A stretch of DNA of 63,128 nt, counting the filler, from Octopus bimaculoides (taxonomy: Eukaryota): NCBI RefSeq assembly GCF_001194135.2. It is 3 parts of 2 records of this genome, joined end to end, with 100 filler letters (N's around TTAATTAATTAA, not from the genome) between each part and the next. Parts side by side here need not be neighbours in the genome. Positions count along the whole stretch, not along the records: positions 1 to 27,913 come from NC_068983.1; 2 more parts are not named here. One strand, given 5' to 3'. Of this stretch, positions 12,820-23,150 are shown piece after piece (the stretch's first letter is position 1; every line of letters starts with the position of its first letter). The notes below the pieces were generated by a model. That model worked only from the letters and a program-made list of their open reading frames with translations, was not told where the DNA came from and did no database searches. The translations under genes and the position numbers were made by a program.

Positions 12820-12909
12820 GCCCATGGGCATATGGCATAGTGGTTAAGTGCCCATGAGCACATGGCGTAGTGGTTAAGTGCCCATGAGCATATGGCGTAG
12901 TGGTTAAGA
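12820..12909 (+). repeat. 3 x 30-bp tandem repeat of the A-box segment
   Basis: gcccatgagcatatggcgtagtggttaagt three times; single copy in the left pseudo-LTR. Confidence 0.95.
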
Positions 12910-12958
12910 GTGCAGGCTACTAACCCCAAGATTCCGAGTTCAATTCCAGGCAGTGACC
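12884..12958 (+). promoter_or_regulatory. tRNA-like Pol III internal promoter (A box and B box) inside the PLE pseudo-LTR
   Basis: A box TGGCGTAGTGG. B box GAGTTCAATTCC (GAGTTCGATTCC in the inverted copy at 10974-10985). Anticodon-arm-like GGCT-ACT-AACC. Confidence 0.7.
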
Positions 12959-13024
12959 TGATTAACAATAATAACATCAAAAAATACCTCAGGAATGAGA
13001 ACCCAGGTTTGAAATTTCTCCAAG

Positions 13025-13066
13025 ACACCTGATGAAGGCTGGAGGGTATATCAGCCAAGATGTGTT
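13025..13066 (+). ncRNA. Hammerhead motif, right pseudo-LTR copy (GAAAC damaged)
   Basis: ACAC-CTGATGA-A-GGCTG-(10 nt)-CAGCC-aagat-GTGT. Confidence 0.6.
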
Positions 13067-13664
13067 AACAGCAAACAAGATGAGGACAAATATCTGTCAA
13101 ATGTAAATAATGTACATAATTCCTCATCTCTTAAATATAGAACTGCATTTAATAGTTAACTACTTTTTGAAGTTTGACGTTCATGCTGGTAATCAAGGAC
13201 CAGGCCATATTTTACTGCATCTAACACTGACAACAACATCATAATTCATCCTTGCGCATGTAAACTCACTAAGTGTTCCTACAGAAACCTTCATTTACCT
13301 TATACAATGTTTAATGTTGTTTCACATTTATGTTGAATTATGCAGCAATCTTATGTTTTGATTAAAACTATATGGAACAAAGTTCATATCCAGAACTTTC
13401 AAAGGATATATAATTTTCCAAGGAAAGTAGATATTTTGTCATGAAAATGATGTGCCAAAAATAGGGTCAAAACAGAGCTCTCCAAGGATACTTATTAAAT
13501 TTATCGTACAGCTCTAAGCATAGAGAAGATTCAGTTTTATATCCTGTATTATACCCAGTGTATCAAAACTGAGCTCCCTACTTATAACAGATGGCAATAT
13601 AACCATGTCTGAATATATATGAAATGCTTGCAATAGCTGTAATTTCATTTAATTATTTGTAGGG

Positions 13665-14170
13665 CTGAGTTTTGGATCAGAACACCCACATAAGTTTGAT
13701 TTTCTCCATTTTGACGGAAATTTTCCCCACTTTTTTTTTCTCTGTAGCCTTGGAAATGAAGAGGGGAAGCTTTTATAAAACAAAATTTTCAAAAATTTAC
13801 AATTGTTATTCATAACAAAATAAGCTTTACATAAATATTTAAAATATTGCTAAAAAGAAGTTTTCTTTCCAAGAACATGACAAAAAAATTAGGTAACTTC
13901 TGTACCATGGTAACTATTAATTTTTATAATTTGAAGCTGATTATCGCCTCAGTTTTAAGGATATGACAGCTCAAATATAGCTACTTATACATTTATGCAA
14001 ATTAGGCAAAATTTTGACCATTCCACTGACCATTCACATTGTCATATTTCCTATAGTATTCATCCAAATTTCACAAATGCAGTATCAAAAAGTTTATTTT
14101 TGCATGCTCTCCAAGAAAAAGTACTGCAGAAATTACATTTAACAATTTTAAAAGATTTATAGTGATACCT
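13665..14170 (+). repeat. AT-rich dispersed repeat family F (probable old non-autonomous DNA transposon). Copies at 18085-18420 (-) and 18560-18720 (+); related pair 13370-13470 / 19325-19435
   Basis: Direct by-eye alignments, for example gagttttggatca..acataagtt and aaagttca.atccagaactttcaaa.gatatataatt. Confidence 0.65.
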
Positions 14171-14874
14171 AATTTAAGATACACAATTTTATCTTGACTC
14201 ACAATGGTATAAACCAACAAAAGGGGAAGAATGCCAACAGGAGGAGAGAAAGAGAAGATATAGGAGTAGTAGTAAGTTAGAATTTGTTTGGAGAAGAGGG
14301 AGAGAAGGAGAGGGAGGTGAAAGATAATGTTTTTGGTTAGTAGGAGAACATAGTAGTTCTAGGTAAATCACTTAACATTAAGACTATACACATAGTACTG
14401 CATGCATATATTTTTGACTTTGTTTAAATGTATTTACCGGGTGCCACAGTATATTTACTTATTTATTCTACAGTAGACCCAGTAAATGACCCCAGCCTAA
14501 ATTCACAAAGATGTACCCCTAGCCAGCTTCAGTAATACCAGATTTTTTCCCCTACTCTTGCCCCTCTCTTTTTCTGTATTCATACCCTTATTCTCTTCCT
14601 TAACAAATTTAGATATTTACCCACTTCTGTATATTATTTCTTCACAAATGTTTTCCCTTCTCTCACTCTGTGCTTTCCATGCATTTTTGACCACATCTCC
14701 AGTGAGTTAACACAGGATCCCTTGATGACAATATAACTTTCATTTGACCAAGGCATCTTTGGTCTGACAAGTAGCTAATGGGTTACTTCTCATTTGGGTA
14801 ATTACTACTTCCGAGGTTCTGCTAGCTATGAAACATTTGCAGCCTGGGTTTTATCTATTCCATTCCCTAAATTT

Positions 14875-14944
<70 letters not shown>

Positions 14945-15009
14945 GTCTATCTATCTATCTATCTCATGCACACACAGTATACAGATGAGATCCAGATATT
15001 TTGTGTATA

Positions 15010-16090
15010 GAAGACAGTAGTGCTTAAAAGATTGAAACTTAGACTCCGGTGTGTTTACAATACAAACATTGGTATGCATAAATTATGTTTAAGAAAATTG
15101 ATAAACATCCTTCACCACCACAACCCCTCATTACTTAATAGATTCTCAGATGTAATACTATCTTGTAAACACAGGTTCTACTCATCATTCATGCATTTTA
15201 TTAAATCTATGTAATCTCATAACTATGAGTATCTTTCTACTCATCATTCATGCATTTTATTAAATCTATGTAATCTCATAACTATGAGTATCTTTATTCA
15301 AAATTAAACTTAAGGTACGACAAGGTCAGCCTAGCAACTTACTACATCAATTAATACTAACCTCCTTATTAAACTATTCCTTCTCATTGCTACCTTTGCA
15401 AATTCCTCTAATCCATTACATCCCACCTCCCTCATAGCCTCCCCACCCTCACAAGTGGTCTCTTCTCATTTCTTCTCCTCAACCAAAAGTACTTAATTCT
15501 ACCTCACACATTTGGATACTAATCTGTCAACCTCTCCCTCTTTCTATTCACTTCCCTTATTTAATTTCATACACCTCTGCATACCACTGTACCCCCATTC
15601 CAATATCAACGCACATTCATTATCCCAATAACCACTGCTTACTTGACCACTAACTCACCCCCTCTCTCTTCTCACATACCTTTCTACATACATTAGTAAT
15701 TTCCCTCTACCACTGAAATAGACACCTTACTTCCCTCAAATAACTGCCATTTCTTTTTCTCACTATCTCATCCAATAATTCTATAGTTTCATCTCTACAC
15801 TCAACAAACTCAATACAATAGACTACCATTCATATACTATCTACCCCACCTTCCTATTCATCTTCCTACTCCCCACCTCTACTACTACTCCCTTACTAGC
15901 TTCATTATTAACCCATCACTCTTCTTGAATTATCTTTTCTCCTCTCACCATTCCCTGTCTCAATATCCCCTGGTCCCCCCTCTAATACACTTAGCTCTCC
16001 ACATTTAATCATTCCATCTTTGAACTTCTCTACCCCGAAGATGGCGGCTCATCTCATCCTATGTCAAATGCATCTATACGGTCGCATTTT
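15010..16090 (+). mobile_element. Old PLE 3' remnant (endonuclease C-terminus plus C/T-rich 3' region)
   Basis: HKLCLRKLINIL..NPSLLNRFSDVILSCKHR resembles the PLE endonuclease end (C.LCL.EK...LLN.RSE..S.C.H). Ends in a ccgaaga..pseudo-LTR-like stretch. Confidence 0.5.
15176..15295. repeat. Perfect 59-bp tandem duplication
   Basis: ttctactcatcattcatgc...atgagtatct twice. Confidence 0.95.
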
Positions 16091-19000
16091 GTAATGGACT
16101 AAATCTACCAACATTATTATGGATCACTGAGCCCCCAGATACAGCTGTTGGACTTTTTTTCCACCTTTTAAATTTCATAAGAACTGACTTAAGCCTGAGC
16201 ATCCCATGCCAGTTTGGAAAGCAGACATAAAATGTTGATTTCATTAAAACTCTGTCATGAATACAGCTATTGTATCATATTATCAACTAATATTTTTAAC
16301 AGAATCAAAATAAAAGTTGTCCTTATTTTTCAGCTGATGCTGGAATAAATCTGAATGTACCTTCATAATCTTGTTTTCAGGTTGAAGTCACAAAGCAACA
16401 GATTTACAAATTGAAATTAAGTGATGATCAATATGTACAGTCTAAGCAGCAGTGACAGTAAATATTAGGTAAGTATAACTTGATTGTCTATTCCTCTTTA
16501 AGTAAATTTGAATTTAGATATTATTTTGTATTTCATATTTTGAGGGTTTTTCTGACATATAAAGTCAAAAAAGGTTTATTTATTATATTGATTACTATTA
16601 TTTGCTTTCTAACTTCACTAGCTTATTTTTCTGTCTCTTTTACTCTTTAGGTTTTGACTGAAGCCACTGACCATGAAAATCAACAGTGCAAACCTCAAGG
16701 TGCCTCATTTCTTATTATCAAACTGGGCTGATACTGCAAACTCTTTAAAGTTGTCCTTTCTACAGCTTTCTTCTGTCACTGCCTTCTCTTGCTAAAATCT
16801 GGCTACTGCCATAAGGCATTTAAAAGTGCCTTGTGGCTGTTTAAACTGTTTGTAAATTTAACCAAATCTCTTCAAAAAGTTTATAATTTGATTTACAAAA
16901 TGTGAAGACAAACAATTGCTGGGACTTACCAGCACATCTTGACAATTTTATGGTCTGCAAACATCACTTTGGTCCCATTCTTCTGTTTTTGTGTGATACA
17001 CTTGTTACCATTAAACAATTTCTGAACTCCTTAATCTTTTGAATACAAAAAGTAAACTTTATATTACAAAGAAACAAGAAAAAGAAAAAAAAAATTATTT
17101 TTAATTGTAAAATAGTAAATGGCTTTATCTCAAAGATTTTAAAATTTCCTGAAATTAAGACGATCTCAAATAAAATGGAAAATTTATATTTTAATTGAGA
17201 ATCATCTAAAAGGTAAATCATTTTTTAATTCCATCTTTGGATTTTAAAAATTTTATTTTTACTCTTTTGGGAGTGGGGGAAATAAATTTATTTATCAAGA
17301 TGTTGGTCAGCATGGTAAATATATGTGGGAAGCAGGGAATTCTGGTAGTCTTCCAGTTGGATTGAGGATTAGAAAGAAAACATTCAGAAATTAGCTTTAT
17401 TTTAATAAACGTATACTTAGACTAAACATTAAAATTTAATTGCATGTCACATGCACACATATGTTAGTTTAATGTTTTTATAGTCAGACAACAGATTGAC
17501 TTTTCTCCCCCTTTTATTTCCCTATTAAATTTAATTATTCTTCTATAGTAGAAAATCAAAACAGTCCACTTTCTATAACTTGAGTAACCAGCCTGTAATA
17601 TAAAGGAGGCTACTAACCAGCTGCTGTCATTTTTAATACAAATATATCTTTTTTTAATTACATGCATTAAATATTTTTACAATTTTTATAAACATTCTAA
17701 GCTATATTTGGTTGAAGGACTCAAGGGTTGAACTACCAACCAGATACACTACTCCAAATAACCCAGTGTATTTGATTGAGAGTACTGCCAAAATTTGCAA
17801 GATTGGTGTTTTGTCTAGAGTGAGTGAATGAAATAGAAGTCATCTAATGTGTTCCATAACAATTAAACAGTGTTGATTAGCATCCCTAACTACTGCTATA
17901 CATTGACACTAATAAAGTTTGTACTTCTTACAAAATTCTAAATGGCACCATTTTTATATGCCACATATTTCACTCCCTATCTGACTAAATTCTACATGAT
18001 CTTTGTCACACACAACTTTACAAAAGTCTAGATAATCTGCTGAGAGTAGGTATCACTATGAATTTTTGAAAATATTAAAATCTATCTTCTACTGTACATT
18101 TTTTTGGAGAGCATCTGAAAAGAAACATTTTGATGCCTCATTTGTGAAATTTGGATGAATATTTTAGGAAATACGACAATTTGAATGGTCAGCAAATTGG
18201 TTGAAATTTTGCCTAATTGGTCTAAATGAATAATTAGCCATATTTGTGATGTCATATTTTTGAAACTGAGGTGATAATCATTTTCAAATTACACAAATTA
18301 ATGGTGACCACAGGATAGCAGTTCCCTATTATTTTCAGGTTCTTGAAAACGAAACGTTTTTTTAGCAACTTTCAAAATATTTATTCAAAGTCTATTTGTT
18401 GCATATAACAAACAGTTGATTTCACGGTGATCCAAAAGTACAAGTCACAGGGACTTGAGTCTTGTAATAGGTATAGAATTATAGAAATACTGAGATTTGG
18501 GACATGATACCATTTCAATAAAATTTTAATAGACTATTAAAAGTGGCTATAAACAGCAGAGTTTTGGATCACGACACTCACATAAGTTGGGGTTTTTTTC
18601 AATTTTTTTGCCACTATAGCCTTGGAAATGATGGGGGAGAGAGGAAAGCTTTTTATGAAAAAAACTTTGGGAAATTTATGATTTATTTCACCTCTTCTCC
18701 TTCACCCACCCTGGACTGATTTTGGCCAGTTTTTTTTTATGCACTATGCACTTAAGAAAAATGAGCAAAGCTTTTCAGTAAAAAAAATTAAAATTTTGAA
18801 AATATTTTTAGATGGAAAGGTGTGATTTAAGAGAGATTTAGCTGTTGTTTCTAGCACATCCCACAACCACCTGGTATCATTCTCAGAATTGATCAAGTAG
18901 CATCAGTATGTGTTAACCCTATACAAGCAGCCATAATAGTACCCTTTTTATTGACTCTGCACTTTTTTCGCCAACTTGTCGCCAGATTCAACAATGGCTG

Positions 19001-20864
19001 TATTGAATTTCTGAGAAATCTTTCTTTCTTTATGGTATAAAAATCTTGGAGAAAATATGTTCTCTTCTAAGTGAAAATTATTTACAAAATTTTCATTTTT
19101 ATAATTTTTAACGATTATCTGGCCTACTCCCATCGATTTTTATATCAAGGTAAAGCAAAAACTGTCCTCTTTATCAGTGTATCATTTTCAACACGAATTG
19201 AGTTGTAAGTGCTCCAGCACCTGTTCAGAATTAATAATCAAAAACTGAATGAACTTTGTGAATAGATGAAAATATCAGGGTTATTGAGAGAACTAGGCAT
19301 GATATATAAGTGTCAGATTTTAATTAAAAGTATATGAGAAGAAAGTTCACATCCAGAACTTTCAAATGATATATAATTGTCTACAGAAAAAAATATATTT
19401 TGACATGAAAATGATGCAGCAAAAAGTGGGGTCTTGTGTGGTCAAACTGTGCTTGTTTCCCTTCTTTCAAGTTCTGTAGTGATACCTACTGAGAGTGCAT
19501 AAAAAGAAACAACACCTTTCTTTTTGCTCTCTCTCTGAATTAAACCAAGTAGAATATTTTTTGAAAAATTTATTCATCCATTTTGATATTTTATGAAAGG
19601 AATAATCAGCTGTTATAATTTTCAGTGAGGAATCTTTTCATAGAAGAAAACCCAGATTAGTGAACAACAAACTAAGAAGTTAATGATTCAGATCCTGCCA
19701 TCAGTACTCCATTGTATCTGTAGCTAAAACATTTATCCCTAATGATTCTAAATCCAGCTAAAATTAAAGTAGATGCTATAGGTGGCATAATCCATCAGAG
19801 TTATGCAACATGAAATTGATAGATATTTCATTGACTTGTATTATCAAGTTCAATCTCTCTTATGGAAAAAGCTACTGCTTAATATTGCAGGAACAAAAAA
19901 ACCAGCACCAACCTTGTGACTCATTGCAATAAAAAAAACAGGGTTCTGCTCATTTAGCTATATCTGATAATTAAGCATTTAGTTGATAAAACTGTTAACA
20001 CAAGTAAAGCTCATAAATTTAATGAACTGACATTCTACTTAGATGCAGTTAAAATTATATCCAAACTACCATTTTAAAATTGTGATTTTCACATACCTCT
20101 TGAGTTTTCTATACTAAACCCAGTAATATTAAACACATTACCAACATCATCCAGCTATAGATTTTATAAGTTTTCTTTATATTAAGTTGGATCAGTTTCC
20201 AACTTTCTACCAAACTGTTTAGTACTATGTGAAATGCTTATAGACTACATTGTGTAAGCATTTCAGACTATCCCACTGCTTCAGGATGGGAGTTATTCTC
20301 TTAACAGTCTCATTCCCATCACTTTCTTCCATCAAAGATATCTCACTCTCAGAAATAGTTGAGGTATCATCAAGTCAATGTGGGTCATCATCATTCTGTA
20401 TTATGTGAGCTATGCACATACTCCACACATCAGGTTTTAAGTTGAATGTTGTTATAGCATATTCTCAAATTAAATCCAAGCTAATTTTCGATTTTCGTTC
20501 TGGGAATAGCAAGCAATTTGTAGAAATTATAACATCCTGCCCCTCCTCCTTAGTTGTTCTAATGTTCTAACTGATCTACAATGTTTACAAGGGGATATCT
20601 CAACTAAAACTTACAAGCTAACTGATAAAAATGTTCCTTTTAGCTGCTGCAATAGGTTGATAAAAAAATTTACGGAGTATCTACAAATAAGTTCTATAGA
20701 AATCTCATTATACTGAGTCTGGTTGGTTTGAAATCAGAACCTTTTTCTTCTAAGATATATGTCTAAACTTTTAGAGCATATCAACTGTCATGACTTATGT
20801 GATAATGATCATGGAATTTTTAAAAACTTTCAGAATAAACGTTTAAGTCCTTCATCTATACCAG

Positions 20865-20867
<3 letters not shown>

Positions 20868-20899
<32 letters not shown>

Positions 20900-21541
20900 T
20901 GTATGTATGTATGTACATATGTATGTGCGTATGTATANNNNNNNNNNNNNNNNNNNNNNNNNNNNNNNNNNNNNNNNNNNNNNNNNNNNNNNNNNNNNNN
21001 NNNNNNNNNNNNNNNNNNNNNNNNNNNNNNNNNNNNNNNNNNNNNNNNNNNNNNNNNNNNNNNNNNNNNNNNNNNNNNNNNNNNNNNNNNNNNNNNNNNN
21101 NNNNNNNNNNNNNNNNNNNNNNNNNNNNNNNNNNNNNNNNNNNNNNNNNNNNNNNNNNNNATATATATATATGTATATACATATATATATATATATGTGT
21201 GTGTGTGTATGTATGTATATATAACTATTTTAAAATGTTTCAGCTGCAAAGCTGCAGTCATGCTAGAGCACCACTATTGACTGTGCTACAACATTATTGG
21301 GAACCTCCTCTGGTATGTGGCATTTGATCAATGAGGGAGTCTGATGCTGCTGCCCCCATCTGTGTTTCCTGCCATGAGGCATGCTCATCTGGAACCCATG
21401 ACAGGAAGAGATCTAGTTTTGTTTTCAAGACATATCCACATCATGCAGATATATATATATTTATATATGTATGTGTGTATATATATGTATGTATGTATAT
21501 ATATGTATGTATATACACATATATACATATATATATATATA

Positions 21542-21602
<61 letters not shown>

Positions 21603-22075
21603 NNNNNNNNNNNNNNNNNNNNNNNNNNNNNNNNNNNNNNNNNNNNNNNNNNNNNNNNNNNNNNNNNNNNNNNNNNNNNNNNNNNNNNNNNNNNNNNNNN
21701 NNNNNNNNNNNNNNNNNNNNNNNNNNNNNNNNNNNNNNNNNNNNNNNNNNNNNNNNNNNNNNNNNNNNNNNNNNNNNNNNNNNNNNNNNNNNNNNNNNNN
21801 NNNNNNNNNNNNNNNNNNNNNNNNNNNNNNNNNNNNNNNNNNNNNNNNNNNNNNNNNNNNNNNNNNNNNNNNNNNNNNNNNNNNNNNNNNNNNNNNNNNN
21901 NNNNNNNNNNNNNNNNNNNNNNNNNNNNNNNNNNNNNNNNNNNNNNNNNNNNNNNNNNNNNNNNNNTATGTACACACACACATATATATATATATATGTA
22001 CACACACATATATATATATATGTGTGTGTGTGTACATATATATGTATATATATATATATATATATGTGTGTATAT
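20868..22075. repeat. (TATG)n/(TA)n/(TG)n microsatellite fields with gaps
   Basis: Direct reading. Confidence 0.95.
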
Positions 22076-22215
22076 TATGAGTGATAATGATGTCAATTAG
22101 ACCCAAGGGTTTCAGGTAATGCTGAGTAAGTGCTATAGATAGACCACAGTTAAGCTCCAGGTTCAATGGTTATGCAAATAAGGGGTCCAACGTAGGTCAT
22201 ATGTCAGCGTGTGAA

Positions 22216-23150
22216 TATAAGGATTTGCTTTTTGAAATGAGATAAAAAACCAAGGCTGTGTATCATATATAACATTTATAAATAGAATGTCTTACAGCTG
22301 TTTCCAGGATATTTATTATATCCCTTCATTGGAGACGGTGTAAGAGGATGAGTAATGCATACATACGTACACATGTTTTTATTTCTAATAACACTACTAC
22401 TGACCTATCCAACCATCCCAATTCCTTTCTCTGCCCCATCATTTAGACTCCACCACTACAATTGACATTCCTTAATGCTTTATATCTCTCTCTCCATAAC
22501 CCCACCATTTTTTCTATCCTTCTACACTCTAATATTTTTCTCTCTTCTTCACCCTTATCCTCCCATTCCTACCTTCTTATTATATTCACTGACCATTCTG
22601 GTACATTCTCTCTTATCTCTATTTTTTGTATTCCTTTTATTATTTTCTTCTATTTCTCCCCACCTCCTTTTTTTTCTCTTCTTTACTCCTCGCTTCCTGT
22701 TTTCGATTTGACCCTATTAATATATTCTCTGCTTTTAGGTCACTTTCAACAGAACCCTTGATTCAATAACACTGTATAAACTCTGTATTTGGAATGACCA
22801 ATTCCAAAGACTGTTAGACTTTACTCATTGGGTATTGGAATCTTAATAATAGATTTACAAAGGCATCGACCAATCTTAAAAACTATTGGATCTTACACAC
22901 AAGGTATTGGAATCTTATATGTTTACCATTCTGCCTAAACAATGAATTTACAAATACAATATCCCTACATTCACTTTCTATTTTCTACCTTAACTAAACT
23001 GACTATTGCTTAATCATCCTCTCACACCGTTTCCGATGAAGGGATATAATAAATATCCTGGAAACAGCTGTATGACATTCTATTTATAAATGTTCTATAT
23101 TATACACAGCCTTGATTTTTTTATCTCATTATGAAAAGCAAATCCTTATA
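22216..23150 (+). mobile_element. Non-coding PLE-like relic with about 140-bp inverted terminal arms (22216-22358 / 23005-23150)
   Basis: The two arms are reverse complements. Each contains a hammerhead-like motif. Pyrimidine-rich interior. Confidence 0.7.
23029..23076 (+). ncRNA. Variant hammerhead-like motif (inverted copy at 22289-22336)
   Basis: GT(C/T)T-CCGATGA-A-GGGATAT-aataa-ATATCCT-G-GAAAC-AGCT-GTA-(A/T)GAC, with palindromic ACAGCTGT stem III. Non-canonical U4>C and an extra G. Confidence 0.45.

Larger units (their letters stand above)
10800..13145 (+). mobile_element. Penelope-like retroelement, 5'-truncated, with inverted 5' pseudo-LTR (10800-11212) and 12-bp TSD
   Basis: RT plus GIY-YIG reading frame. 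10800-11212 is the reverse complement of about 12648-13112. CATTTAATAGTT at 10788-10799 and 13146-13157. Confidence 0.95.

Noticed and set aside
20215-20520. Minus-strand acidic peptide fragments suggesting an old transposase
   Set aside because: Many stops and no diagnostic motif that I can identify.
20759-22166. Long ORFs rich in YIYI/CVCV/X (also 9288-9576, 23112-23609, 38101-38634, 39707-40330, 50011-50526, 58116-58552, 61612-62683)
   Set aside because: Artefacts of microsatellites and N runs, which lack stop codons.
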